Shown here: positions 32,753 to 44,712 of the stretch, piece by piece
Layout: each line of letters begins with the position of its first letter
How positions within the stretch are numbered: the stretch's first letter is position 1
Assembly (NCBI GenBank): GCA_025558095.1
Contig: JAIVFI010000012.1
Coordinates: 186,001 to 250,000 of the forward strand
From: Hyaloraphidium curvatum SAG 235-1
Taxonomy: Eukaryota > Fungi > Monoblepharomycota
Reading direction: 5' to 3'
DNA: 64,000 nucleotides
Position numbers and translations under genes: made by a program
Notes under the pieces: generated by a model
What the model was told of the DNA's origin: nothing
What the model saw: the letters and a program-made list of their open reading frames with translations, nothing else
The model's database searches: none

Positions 32753-34855
32753 ATGGCGGGCAGCCCGACGACCGTGAAGCTCAACAATGAGCAGCCCCTG
32801 CTCCCCATGTCGCAGGCGCCCGTGGTGTGCCTCATCGGCACCGGCGTCGGCGGCATCTGCGGGGGCGTGACGCTCAAGGCGAGGATGGGCTTCACTAACT
32901 TCGTCATCCTGGAGCGGACGTCGCGCGGGTTCGGCGGCACCTGGCGGCACCAGTCTTACCCGGGACTGGCCTGCGACATTCCGGCGCAGTGGGTGTCCCT
33001 CGTAGCCTGCCGCCATCGGATCTCACTCTCGCTTTCCGACAGCTTCTACTCGTTCAGCTTCGCGCCTTCGGCAGAGTGGTCCTCCGAGTTCCCGGCCAAG
33101 TCCGAGATCCAGCCGTACATCGAGAGCGTCTGCGAGAAGTACGGGCTCCGGAGCTTCGTCTCGTACGACACCGAGATCGTCGACGCCCGCTGGAACAACA
33201 GCGACGAGTGCTGGGACCTCCGGATTCAAGTCCTGGAATCCGTGCCCGAGGGCTACGAGGCGGGCCACTGGAAGTCGGACCGCGAGAAGGATCGCAGGGT
33301 GCTGCGCTCGGGGGTGCTCAAGGCCAACCTGGTCTTCAACACCGGCGGCGTCTTCACCAAGCCGTACTGGCCCAAGTACCCCGGCCTTGAGTCCTTTAGC
33401 GGCGTCCAGATGCACGCCTCGGAGTGGGACGACAAGGTCCAGCTGGCCGGCAAGCGCGTGGCCCTCATCGGCAGCGGGCCCACCGCGATCCAAATCGTCC
33501 CCGAGATCGCGCACAAGGTCCAGCATCTGGACGTCTACCAGCGCACGCCCAACTGGATCCAGCCCTTCTCAAACCACCCGTTCCCGGAGGAGCTCAAGGA
33601 CAAGTGGCGCAAGGACCCCGTCGCCCTGTACGAGAAGAGGCTCCAGAGCATCAACAACGCCGAGGCGATCTGGGCCGCCATCGAGGTCCCGGGCTCGCAG
33701 ACCGCCCTGCGCGTCCAGCAGCGCTGTGTCGACTGTTTGTACCACTTCGCGCTTCCGCCCGTAGTGCCCTTACCTCCGTCCCGCAGACCTCAACCAGACC
33801 GTCAAGAAGAAGGACCTCATCCCCTACCTCACCCCCGACTTCCCCATGGGCTGCAAGCGCATCTGCGTCGACACGGGCTACCTCGCCGCGTTCAACCGGG
33901 ACAACGTCGGCCTCGTGGGCGACCCCATCGTGCGGTTCACCCGTGGGGGCATCGCGACGGACGGGAAGCAGTACGGCGCCAAGGAGCGCGAGTACGACGT
34001 GGTCATCTACGCCACCGGTTGGGGGGCGTTCAGCATGGGGAGGGGGTTCCCGGCGTACGGGAGGGACGGGAAGGAGGTGTGGGAGCAGTGGAAGGCGATC
34101 GGGATCCCGAGGTCGTTCCAGGGCATGCTGTGGGCGATCGTGCGCAACGGTGCGCGAAAAGCCGTGCTGATCGGACGCCTGCCGCAGAATGGTCAACTTC
34201 CCCAATTGGTTGATGTGCATCGGCCCCTTCGGCAACGTCTACACGAGCCACTACGAGCAGGCGGAGCAGGTGTCGGACTTCATGGTCAAGATGCTCAACC
34301 GCATGATCCGCGACGACCTGGCGACCTTCGAGGTGCGCGAGGAGGCCGAGGCCAAGTGGGCCGCCATGTGCAAGAAGAACCTGGCGACGACGCCCTACAG
34401 GGGCAACTGCATCTCGTACTACGTGGGTTCCGGGCCTTTGGGGCTCGGAGATCCAAGCTGACGGGTCCGCGGCATCCAGAAATTCTCGTGGGACCACGCA
34501 GAGGACAGCGGCAAGCAGGCCGAGAGCTCGGACGACTACGAGAACCCCGCCTGGTAGGCCATCGCCCGCACAGTCTGTCGGCCGCACGTTGACCCTCGCT
34601 CGCACCAGGTTCCCGGGTACCGCCGTGGAGCTCCGCGTTGCGCGGGAGAACATCTCGGACGACGACCTCGTGCTGCGGCCGAACCGCCCCGGGCGCACTT
34701 GGAAGGCGCACGCGGCAGCGCTGAGGCCGCAGCCCGGATTCGGGGAGATCGCGCCGGGGGTGTCGACGTTCAGGCTCAAGGCGACGAGGGGAAGGAAGGG
34801 GCCGCCGCCGGAGGATCTGCGGGATCTGGAGAGGCGCGTGTGGAGCAGGCTTTGA
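32753..34855 (+). CDS. Baeyer-Villiger/flavin-containing monooxygenase; C-terminal SRL (PTS1)
   Basis: IGTGVGG, GGTWRHQSYPGLACDIP, BVMO fingerprint FSGVQMHASEWD, second Rossmann GSGPTAIQ, YQRTPNW, GCKR, DVVIYATG; about five introns. Confidence 0.92.
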
Positions 34856-34960
34856 GGCGGCTAAGTCGAGCGGTAGAGATGGTGTTTGGCACACGTGCAA
34901 GATTGACATTCTTCAATCGACGTTTTGGAGGTTCAAGACCATGGAAGAGATCGTCGCGCC

Positions 34961-36106
34961 CTATCCCACCCTCGCCACCCCTCCGACCTCCAGCTTCGCC
35001 TCAGCCTGCGCGTCCGCCCTCCTCCACCCCGCTGCGTGCGGCGCCAGCCTCTCCACGCACGCGCGCACCTCCTCCTCCCCGATCGCCGCGGCAGCCCACG
35101 ACGGGCGGGCGAGGAAAGCGTCGAGGTACGCACGGAGGTGCGCGAACTTGTCTGGTTGCCGACGTAGGCGGGAAGCGTCAGGCGCGGGAGGTTCATTGGC
35201 TGCGAATGGGGACCCACGGTCGCGGACCATGTCCCACTTCCTCGCCGTCCGCAGCGCAACTTCGGCAAAGTACAGCGCCGGCGCCGCGAAGCAGTCCAGG
35301 CTGCCCGGGCGCGAAGGATCCTGCGGATTGAGGAAGGCGGTGCCAGAGGGGTGCATCGAGGAGAGGGACTCGAGCGAGGCGTCGATGTCTGCAAAATGGG
35401 CGGAGGGCGATCAGCTGGGTCCGCAGGGGGGGGAAGGGAAGACGGACCTTTTAGGAGGTGGATGAGGTCGATCCAGTTCGGGAGCTCCTTCTCGTCGGGC
35501 CCGTGGGCGACGATCTTGCGCACGTCGGCAACGATCTGTGGAGACCCAACGGGCGAGTAAGCAGAGGCCTTATCTCTCCCCCGCCTACTCGTCCGAGTGC
35601 CCGCCTTGTTCGAGTTGGAATCCATCCTCCCCAGGTCCGACGCCCCGAACCTGCCCTCGGGCTCGGCGGAGAGGTGCTGCAGAGCTTTCTTGTCCGCGAG
35701 CCGGGAGACCTCGGGCGGCATGGCGCGGACGAACTCGAGGATCTGGCGCGAGCCGACGTAGCACTTGCCGGTGGTCGTGTCGACGAGCAGGGGGACGGAG
35801 GCGGCGGGCAGGCGGGAGAGCGTCGCGGGGAAGTGCTGTGGGACGCGGCGCGTGAAGGGTAGTCACCAACGGAGTCGGTGACGCCTCCAGCCAGTGACCC
35901 ACCTCCCGCACGATGGCCCGGATCTCCTCCGCCTCGCCCGGCCCCTCGGCGACGAACCCGCGCACGTCGAACGGCGCGCCGAGCTCCGCCAGAAGCAGCG
36001 CGGCGCCCGCGCACTCGGTGGAGCTCCCCTGCTGCCGCAGCGCGGGGTCGCCGCGGACGACGAGGGAGAGGAGCGGCGACTGGATTTGGGCGGCGGTGGT
36101 GGACAT
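34961..36106 (-). CDS. GST-fold protein (DHAR/CLIC-like), multi-exon
   Basis: VPLLVD..YVGSRQILEF (GST N-domain); SLDCFAAPALY and FAHLRAYLDAFLARPSW (GST C-domain). Confidence 0.65.
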
Positions 36107-37210
36107 CTCGCGGGATGGTGCGGGGGGGTGAGTGGGTTGCGAGCGATGGGCTTTGCGCGCGCACAATCATCGGTTCGAACAGCAAACATGTCGGACCAGC
36201 AGCGCGACGTCGAGGTCCAGATGACCGAGCGAGTCCCACTCAACGAGCCGGGCAGTATTCCGACCGCGGACGCCAAAGCAGCGGGGGAGGGTTCGTCGCA
36301 CGTGCACGCGCCGGGCGGGAAGGGCGTGGAGATGGAGGTGCGCTGCAAGGCACGGGTGTCGTTCGATTGTGTATGACATCGTGCCTTCCGAACGCGTGCA
36401 CAGGCACAGGCACTCGGGCAGGGCAACGTCGGGCGCGACAGGTTGGGCTCCCCCGCCTCGCATCCTGCGTCCGCTGACGGTGCACCCCCAGGGGCGGCCC
36501 CTCCAAGCTCCGCGAGCAGAGGGAGTTTGAGGACCTGCGCGACGAGGTGCCAAAGGCGTGATCGGGACCGTAGCTGCCGGGTTTCTGATGCGCGGCGTGG
36601 ATGATCGGCGACGCGCGCGGGGGATAACTGGAGAGACTCTGCAGGATGCAGCGGCCTGGAAGTCGATTGCCTCTGAAACCATGCGGCCCTTCATGTGACG
36701 AGGAGAGAGATATTGCTACTTCCGCGCACACGATCTGTGCAAGGATTGCCCAGTCCTTTCATCTCGCCCGATCCCGCACGGCCGCGCTCAGCCACACGCC
36801 CGTCAGCTCCCTCTCCGCCCCGCCAAGTGCGCCGCATCGGGGCCCGACCTGCCCCGTCCGAGCCGTGCGCACCAGTCTGGCCTCGATGCGTTCGCGCGAG
36901 GGGCCGCGGACGCCCGCGCGGGCGCGCTGTTCCCCGCCACCGCGGCCGCCCTTCTCGTCGGTGCGGCGTGCGGAGCCTCGGCAACATACCGCGAAGCCTC
37001 TAAAGTACAAACAGTGGCGGGCGGGTGGGAAAAGAATCCGAAATTGGCTGCTCCGCAGCCGCGAACTGTCCAAGGCCGGGGACGTCTCCGGCGCGAGCCC
37101 GCACCTGTGATGGCGACTCGAAAAACGGGGAGCCGCTTAGAGCCGCCGCACAGTTTTACCCGTCAAAGCCTGGCGGCCTTCTCGACCCAAAATGCCGTCC
37201 TCCATTCGTC

Positions 37211-37565
37211 CGCATGATCTGCTTCTTCGGGTTTACTTGATGTTCAGTCTTCAGGTGCTACAAGAGGCAGAGATCGGATTCTGCACAAGAGAGACAAAGA
37301 GCCAGAGTTCGTCCATGGCAAAGAGTTCCTCAGTCCTCCCGTCGCCGATCACCCACCGCCCTGCAGCACGGCCGGGTTGTCCCCCCACGAATGCGATCAG
37401 TAGCTCACCGCGACCGTGCCCGTGATGCTGCTCCCCCCCTCCTCGACCACCTCGACCACCACCGCCTGCCTCTTCCCATCCAGGAGGCCCCCCGTCTCGA
37501 CCACTCGGAGCTCGAGCAGCGCCGGCTGCTTGAAGGCCCTGCCGGGCGCCGATTCCGGGCCCAAC
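37211..37565 (-). repeat. Partial duplicate of the 3' coding end and downstream region of the GT32 gene (direct repeat of 39675-40029)
   Basis: ~355 bp of high identity starting CGCATGATCTGCTTCTTC in both copies; this copy has a stop where the gene has YWSHSW. Confidence 0.92.
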
Positions 37566-38060
37566 CGCCCCGGGACGGTTGTCAAGGAGCTGCTGATCCT
37601 GGACGCGGGCGAGATCGTGGGCTAGCGCGCGTGCTGCAGCTCTTCTCCGACGCCTCGTGGCGCGGAACCGCGGGCACGCCGAGGTACATCGCCCCGGAGA
37701 CGCTGGCGGGGCTGGGCGTGGGCAAGCCGGCGGACGTGTTTTCCTTCGCGATGATCTGCTGCCAGGTCTTCGTGATGATCTGCGCCAGGTCACGTGCCGC
37801 GGGGCCAAGCCGTTTGGCCAGATGGCCGCAGATCAGAAGAACGACATGGTTCGCGAGGGACTGCGGCCGGATACGCCGCGGGAGGACCTGGCGGACGGGT
37901 TCTGGAGCCTGATCGAGTGGTGCTGGGCCCAGAATCCCGCGGAGCGGCCTACGTTTGCGGAGATTGCCACTGCACAGGATCGGATCCACCAGACGGTCGC
38001 GTTGGACCCTCCTACGATGGCGTCGTTCGAAGTTTTGCGATCTGTACCCCCTCGATGGCC
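37566..38060 (+). pseudogene. Protein kinase C-lobe fragment (TKL-like), frameshifted
   Basis: GLARV..GTPRYIAPE..KPADVFSFAMI, then in another frame GLRPD..LIEWCWAQNPAERPTFAEI. No N-lobe or HRD; small internal duplication of ATGATCTGC..CCAGGTC. Confidence 0.8.
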
Positions 38061-38237
38061 GACGAGCAGCTCAAGAAGGAGGTCGGCCGCAAGGAGGAGC
38101 AGCTCCTCCGCGCGGAAGCGGACAAGGTGCCGGACGTGAAGGCGATCTCGCGCTGGGAAAATGGACCTGCGGGCAAGGAGCAATTAATGACCAGAGTGTT
38201 GGCAGCGGCGCGATGGCAATTAGAGAGCGTCATGGGG

Positions 38238-38791
38238 CTACACATACATGCAAAAAGCAAACAGTCCTTCGCAATAAAGCCCCTGGCAGCACTCGCTGTC
38301 ACTGGAGCATGTCATGGTGGTAGCAGGAGCGCACGCCCCGGAGACGCACCCGGCGCCGCCTCCCCGGCAGGTGCTGCCGGGGCTGGTTGACGGGATCGCC
38401 GAGGGAGGGGCGTCAGTTGTGCCAGAGCGGGCGGGAGGTTCGGCGCACCAGCAGTCCGAGTCGGAGGCGCACGTCCCAGGGTCGACGCACGCGTAGCGCC
38501 TGTAGAGGCCGGCGGCGCCACGGGCATAGGCGACGCAGGCGACGTGGTCGGGCGGTGCGCCGGGGGAGGCGAGCTCGCTGGGGCGGGCGGCGGGCGGGGC
38601 GGGCGGGAGGCGTCGATCAGGCCGGCGGGGCGGCGGGGCGGCGGGCGCGGGCCGCACCAGAACGACGCGTCCGGGCACTCGGCGCAGCTGCGCCTGAACA
38701 CGGCGGCCGTGGCTGGCGCAGCGGCGGCGACGCCGGCGAGGGCGAACGCGGCAAGGGCGAGGGCGGGGAGGAGGGCGGCGGGGCGCGGCAT
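38238..38791 (-). CDS. Small secreted cysteine-rich protein
   Basis: Signal peptide MPRPAALLPALALAAFALAG, dibasic RR, one intron (~38578-38657), CASDSDC and CSSDSECCQGLYC modules. Confidence 0.7.
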
Positions 38792-39813
38792 GGCAGCGGG
38801 ACCCCGGCGACAGTTTTACCGATGTTGTCCGTAGTGGTGCAGCCTGGGGCTGCAGAGCCTAACGCCCTACTGACGTCACAGGGGTCAGCGCGGCCCCGGC
38901 TCGGGGCGGAGCGGCGGACCACCGCAAGGAGCGGGGGGCGGCGTGTAGGTCGCGACGAATGGCCCTCAGTACCTCACATGTTCGGATCTGGGGGCTTGGA
39001 CATGGTCCCAGGATCACGTTGACTCACTCTGTTTTTTCCACAAGAGTCAGCCACTCAAGCAACTCGGACAGCACCGCGTACCTCCCTACCCAGGCCTTCC
39101 TCGCCGCTGCGGCCGCCCTCGCCAGGGGGGAAGAGCCGCATCGATCTTCTTCTGCCTCTCCACCCGGTCCTCGAGGAGCTTCCTGCAGGCGGGGCCGAAC
39201 TCGCGCTCCAAGCCCGCGACGAAGGCGACAGCAGCCTATGGCGCGAGCACGTCGGGGTAAGAGTCGCCGAGGATGACGACACCAGTGGCGCTCATTATTG
39301 TGGCCGGAAGGGCTGGAGCTCCGGCGATTGTTTGGGACGTGACGGTGCGCCGCGGTGAAGCTTCGAGGTCTGTTTGGACGTGACGGGGACCGCCGGGAGC
39401 GGAAGTCCGCGAGTCGGCGGCAATTGTGGGGTAAAGATCAGCAGCGGCTCAAGGGCAAAAAGATGAATTCGAGATACATAACAATAAATGGAAAGCTGGT
39501 TCAATCCGCCATTCGTCAACGCGATGGCACCGCAGAGTGAATCAAGATCGCGAGCACCGTCAGGCCAGCAGGGCGATGCTCATCCGCTTCATCTCCTCGA
39601 GCGCCGAGTCGATTCGTGTCCTGTGCGATCCCCCGGAACGCCGGGAAAATGACGGAAGGGCCCGACTTGAACGTCGCATGATCTGCTTCTTCAGGTTTAC
39701 TTGATGTTCAGTCTTCAGGTGCTACAATGGGCAAGAGATCGGATTCTGCACAAGAGAGACAAAGAGCCAGAGTTCGTCGACGGCAAAGAGTTCCTCAGTC
39801 CTCCAGTCGCCAA

Positions 39814-40998
39814 TCACCCGCCGCCCTGCAGCACGGCCGGGTTGTCGCCCCACGAATGCGACCAGTAGCTCACCGCAACCGTGCCCGCGATGCTGCTCCT
39901 CCCCTCCTCGACCACCTCGACCACGACCCCCTGCCTCTTCCTATCCAGGAGCCCCCCCGTCTCGACCACTCGGAGCTCGAGCAGCGCCGGCTGCTTGAAG
40001 GCCCTGGCGGTGCCGGTTCCCGCCCGAACGGCGTCCAGGCACTTTTCCCTGTCGAAGCTCGACCACTGGCTCGAGCAGACGGCGTCGAGGTCGCGGCGGT
40101 GCTGCCAGTCGTAGCCGAACACGATCTCGGGCCCGAGCAGCTGGATGCCCTCGGCCCGCCGCGGGTCCACGAGCACGTAGTCGAACACCGCGTGCGCGAG
40201 CATGCCCGGCCCCGTGACGTACTCGACCCCCTCCTCCATCTTGGCGGCAAACTCCTTCCTCCCTTCCGCTTCCTTGAGGTCCACCCCGAGCTCCCTCGCC
40301 GCGCCCTCCCTCTTCTCCCGCCAAAGCCTTGCCACCTGCCCCGCCGCAAACGCCCAGAACGGGTGCCCCGGCACGCTGGCCATGAAGGCGTTGGGCAGCG
40401 CGTGCGGCCACCAGTGCACGTCGGCGGGGTCGCCCATGCTGGCCAGGACGAGCTCGCGGCGGCACCCGCTGCCACCTGCAAGCATGCCAACCTTGTCATC
40501 GGGCACGAGCCGGGGGTAGGCACGGCCGGGGCGGCATGCTTTGCTGCCCAGCGCGTCCAGCCGCGCCCGCGAGGAAGACCCCGGCACCGCCAGCGTCTCC
40601 CCCAAATTGCCGACGATCTCGACGTCCAGGTCCGCATAGGCGCCTCCCCGCTCGTGCATGTACGCCAGGCGTGCGAAATCGGCCCGCATTACCCCCTTGG
40701 GGAAGGCGTCATATAAAGCCAGGTGTTCCGGGAAGGCGCGTGCGACCAGCGCGCGGTTGTCCGCGTCGGTCCACAGCACGTGCTCGAAGCTGCGCGCGGC
40801 GAGCAGCGACGCGTTCCTCCAGGCCGCGAACCGGGGCGGCAGCCGCGCGTCCTTCCACGACGCGTGGAGCACCGCGGGGATGGCGGTCGGGGTTGCACGC
40901 CGCCGCCCGGACCCGGCGAGCACGGCGGCAAGCACTACTGCTGCCAGTATCAAGAGGGCATTGCGCACGTGCCGGCCGGCCAGGGCCCGCAGGAGCAT
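39814..40998 (-). CDS. Glycosyltransferase family 32 (DXD; Sur1/Och1-like)
   Basis: TM anchor, IPAVLHASWK, LWTDADNR, RADFARLAYMHERGGAYADLD, NAFMASVPGHPFW, VTGPGML, HSW. Confidence 0.9.
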   Translation of the reverse strand: MLLRALAGRHVRNALLILAAVVLAAVLAGSGRRRATPTAIPAVLHASWKDARLPPRFAAWRNASLLAARSFEHVLWTDADNRALVARAFPEHLALYDAFPKGVMRADFARLAYMHERGGAYADLDVEIVGNLGETLAVPGSSSRARLDALGSKACRPGRAYPRLVPDDKVGMLAGGSGCRRELVLASMGDPADVHWWPHALPNAFMASVPGHPFWAFAAGQVARLWREKREGAARELGVDLKEAEGRKEFAAKMEEGVEYVTGPGMLAHAVFDYVLVDPRRAEGIQLLGPEIVFGYDWQHRRDLDAVCSSQWSSFDREKCLDAVRAGTGTARAFKQPALLELRVVETGGLLDRKRQGVVVEVVEEGRSSIAGTVAVSYWSHSWGDNPAVLQGGG

Positions 40999-41184
40999 GG
41001 GGCGCGAGGCGTCTCCCAGAAACGACGCAACGGCAGCCGACGGGCCCAAGGCTAACGCGACACGACACTCCGACTTCAATTCAAGCCAAGTAGCAGCATA
41101 AACAATAAACAGAGCACATAGATCGTCCCTCCAAGACGCTAGGGTGAATCCGTCCGCGGGCGTCCCCCGCCCCCGAGGCCCCCG

Positions 41185-43029
41185 TCACTCGATCTGGAAC
41201 CGCGACCGCGCCGCCTCGGCCTTGCCCTTGTCCAGCACGATCACCGCCATCTCCCTCCCGTTGAAGCTCGCCGTGCGCATCGCACCCTCCATCGTCTCCT
41301 TGCCCTTCTCCTCGCCCTCGAGCTCGCGGAAGCTCAGCCGCGGGCCGGCGTGCATGAAGTACAGGTTGACGGCACCGGTCGCGAGGGTGCACAGGGCAAA
41401 GGAGAGCGCGCCGGCGAGGAACCACGTCATCCCGCCGACGGCGCCCTCGTACTCGGGCGCCGAGGGCGACGCGCGCACGAGCCAGAGGATGTAGCAGATG
41501 TAGCCGGCCCCGGCGAGGAGCAGGAACAAGAAGGCGGCCTGCAGCGCGGGGCTCTGCGTGCGCAGCGAGAGGAACCCCAGGGCGGCGCCGAGCACGACGA
41601 GGGAAAAGATGCCGACGGCCATGCCGGCGATGTAGCCCGCGGAAAAGTTCTGCGCGGGGTTGAAGAGCACGAGCATGGTCCACTGCACGGCAAAGGAGAG
41701 GAAGAAGAAGCCGGCGACCTTGAGGAAGACCTGGTGCACGTGGTGCCACCACATGCGCCGCACGACCTCCTTGCTGGCGCCCAGCCTGCGGAACTTCTGC
41801 CAGCCGATGGTCTGGTAGATGCGCCAGCCCAGGAGGACCCAGGTGAGCAGGAAGAAGCCGTTGACGGCGGCCTGCACGATGACCAGCACGCGGTGCGACT
41901 CGTTGTACGCGACCGGGAAGCTGACCGACCCCGGGTCGCGCATCAGCGTCGGCCACATGGTCATGGACATGTCCCGCGAGCCGACCTCCTGGAAGATCTG
42001 CACGACCGTGTACGAGAAGCAGCACACCTGCACGATGAAGAAGGCGATGATCTCGACCGTGTTGCTGTTGGCGACGGCCTCGAGGTAGATGAAGAGGAGG
42101 AACACCTGCGCCATGAGGAAGATGACGTGGTACGAGAGCAGCGACCGGTAGGCCAGCGAGATCTGCGTCCACGTGGCGTCGGGGATCGGCCGCACGTGCG
42201 CCTCGAACCCGGCGACCCAGTTGACCGTCGTCGCGTGCACGGCGAGGATGGCGGAGGACAGTGCGACGTTGGCGAGGGCCTGCGCGCACATGTCCACGAA
42301 GCCGGCCTGGATGGCCGGGGAGTCGGTGCCCAGGGCGCGCTGCAGCAGGCTCCGGGAGCGGCCCTTGCTGCCGCAGTCCAAACAGAAGAAGTGAGAGGGG
42401 CAGCAGCGGGTGTCCTTTGCCGGCGAGCGGGAGGAGGTGGCGGCCGCCGACTGCGCCGAGACGGTGGCGTTGTCGTACGAGGGCGACAGCGGGGAGAGGG
42501 GCGAGAAGGGGCCCATTGTGCCGGTCGAGGTCGGCGAGAGCACCTTGCTTCCTGTTCCCGTCTGGTAGCGGTCGACGTAGGTTGCGGCGGTCGAGGCCGA
42601 CGAGGCGTTGCGGAGCGGATAGCCTGCCCCGCGTAGCGCGGTGATGAGGTGCGGCGGCACGGCCGACAACGGCGGCAGCGCATCGTGCTCGCCGAAATCG
42701 CTGTCCGTGCGGACGACGTACACGTCCGCCCAGTCGACGCCGGAAGGGCGGGGCGCCGCCTCGACGGCCGGTGGGAGCGAGTGCGCCGTGGCCGCGGACA
42801 GCTCGCCGTCGCCGACGCCTCCGGTCCGCGGCAGGCTGTCAAAATGGCCGCCGTCTTCGCCGTATAGCGACGCGGCGTCGGGGTTCGCGACGACGATTGT
42901 GCGCGGCGGCCGCGCGTCGACGGGCGTGCGCTGCAGCGTCTCCGCCTCGCTGCCACCCGCCGTCGAGTCGGTCGGCGACGGGTCCAAAAGCGGCGGCAGC
43001 TCAGCAGACGTCGGCGAGGGCGTCGCCAT
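41185..43029 (-). CDS. Multi-pass (~7 TM) membrane protein, possibly UPF0658-like, intronless
   Basis: Ser/Pro-rich N-terminus followed by ~7 hydrophobic helices; NTVEIIAF and IGWQKFRRLGAS motifs. Confidence 0.75.
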   Translation of the reverse strand: MATPSPTSAELPPLLDPSPTDSTAGGSEAETLQRTPVDARPPRTIVVANPDAASLYGEDGGHFDSLPRTGGVGDGELSAATAHSLPPAVEAAPRPSGVDWADVYVVRTDSDFGEHDALPPLSAVPPHLITALRGAGYPLRNASSASTAATYVDRYQTGTGSKVLSPTSTGTMGPFSPLSPLSPSYDNATVSAQSAAATSSRSPAKDTRCCPSHFFCLDCGSKGRSRSLLQRALGTDSPAIQAGFVDMCAQALANVALSSAILAVHATTVNWVAGFEAHVRPIPDATWTQISLAYRSLLSYHVIFLMAQVFLLFIYLEAVANSNTVEIIAFFIVQVCCFSYTVVQIFQEVGSRDMSMTMWPTLMRDPGSVSFPVAYNESHRVLVIVQAAVNGFFLLTWVLLGWRIYQTIGWQKFRRLGASKEVVRRMWWHHVHQVFLKVAGFFFLSFAVQWTMLVLFNPAQNFSAGYIAGMAVGIFSLVVLGAALGFLSLRTQSPALQAAFLFLLLAGAGYICYILWLVRASPSAPEYEGAVGGMTWFLAGALSFALCTLATGAVNLYFMHAGPRLSFRELEGEEKGKETMEGAMRTASFNGREMAVIVLDKGKAEAARSRFQIE

Positions 43030-43283
43030 CGCGGGAATCCCGGGGCGGGCACTGCTGTTTGTGCACTTCGTGGCTTGGACTCGCGAACGGGTCCACGCGC
43101 CGCGGCGATGCGGACCCCCGAAGCGGCAGCACAGCAGAGCAAGGCCACTCGGCAAAGAGATTTTGCCAAGCGTACTAGCGTTGCCGATTCTATTCGGCAA
43201 AGAAGGCAAACAGGGCGCCGATGGATGAATAGCCGTGGCGTGGGACAGGGCGCAGATGGATGAATAGCCATTGCGGTGCCGAG

Positions 43284-44619
43284 CTACGCGAGCGAGTTGA
43301 GGAACTTGATGAGGATCTCGTTGACCTCCTTGGCCTTCTCCTGCTGGATCCTGTGGACCGACGGACGTCAGCGAGCCGTTCCCCACTGGCAATCCCGGCG
43401 TCCAACGCACCAGTGCCCGCAGTCGTCGATCATCTCGAGCGCCTTGATCTGGGGCAGCGCCTTCTTCATCGTGTCGATGCTGAAGCGTTGTCGACGGTCA
43501 GCGTTGACTTCCCGCACTCGAGCGCGACGGAGGGACCCACTAGTCGGGCGTATTGTGCGCAATGGTGTCACCCCAACTGCCGATATAGCAGAAGGGCCGG
43601 TCGTAGACCTTGCCCACGAAGGGCGCGAGGCAGTTGAACGCGCGGCCCATGTTTCTGTAGTAGTTTAGCCCGCCGCGGATGCCGCTCTTCTTGAGCTCGT
43701 TCACGTAGACCTCCAGGTCCTCCTCGGTGAGCCACGCGGGGAGCTTCGCGGGCACGATCGACTTGAGGTACTCCATCAGGGACTTGTCCCCGGGCCAGTG
43801 CCCGTCGCAGGGTTCCTTCAGCACCCCGTCGCGGACGGCTTCGCCCGAAATGAGGTACATGAAGCCCAGCACGAAAGTGCGCATGTCGGCCTCGATCTCC
43901 TTCTCGACCTCGGGGCTCTGGAAGTATCTGTACCAGCACGTCGTGGGGCGGAGGAGAGCGAGGCGAGGCCGACACGGTGAGCAGGCGGGCCAGGCGGCGG
44001 CACGTCGTGGGGCGGAGGAGAGCGAGGCGAGGCCGACACGGTGAGCAGGCGGGCCAAGCGGCGGGCGGCGGGGCGGTACCGACAATCTGTAGTAGTTCCT
44101 CCCGGCAGCCGCAGCCTTCCACACGTCGTCGATGGTGACGCCGTCCGGGATCGGCCCGAAGAACGACGGGGGCAGGAACGGCACGGACATGAGGCACATG
44201 GAGGTGAACACGTCGTCGCGCATTATCGCCGCCTGCGCGGCAACGCCGCTGCCCCAGTCGTGGCCGACGATCGTGGCCGTCTTGTAGCCCAGCGCGGCGA
44301 CGGCGCCCACGCAGTCGCCCGCGAGCTCCGTGATGAGGTACTTGTCCAGATCGGCGGGCTTGTACGAATCCCCGTAGCCGCGCATGTGCAGCGCGACCGC
44401 GTGGTAGCCGGCATCGGCGAGCGCAGGGATCGTGTGCCGCCACGAGTACCTGCGCGATGGGCGGCGTCAGCGCGGGCTGTCTCCCATCGGGAAGGGAGAG
44501 ACCCACCAGGACTCGGGGAAGCCGTGGACGAGAAGCACGAGCTTGCCCTCCGGGCCCGCCTCGGCGACGCCGAACTCCCGGCCGTTGATGGTAATCTTCC
44601 GCTGCTTGATTTCGACCAT
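43284..44619 (-). CDS. Soluble epoxide hydrolase (alpha/beta hydrolase)
   Basis: VHGFPESW-YSWRH, MRGYG, nucleophile GHDWG, GGLNYYRN, CGHW-IQQEK; about four introns. Confidence 0.92.
43936..44064. repeat. Two tandem 64-bp copies inside an epoxide hydrolase intron
   Basis: GCACGTCGTGGGGCGGAGGAGAGCGAGGCGAGGCCGACACGGTGAGCAGGCGGGCCA occurs at 43936 and 44000. Confidence 0.95.
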
Positions 44620-44712
44620 GTTCGGTAAACGCGGGAGTCGCGGGAGGGTTTTGAGACGCGCAGGTCCGATCGGCACGAGAACACCCGAAGCGCCCGTCTC
44701 CCCGGCGCAGAA

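Noticed and set aside
36188-37200. Short ORF MSDQQRDVEVQM.. and following sequence
   Set aside because: Could be a first exon, but I could not build a convincing spliced gene.
39329-39395. Twice-repeated TGTTT(G)GGACGTGACGG
   Set aside because: Only two short copies with no linked promoter evidence; not an array.
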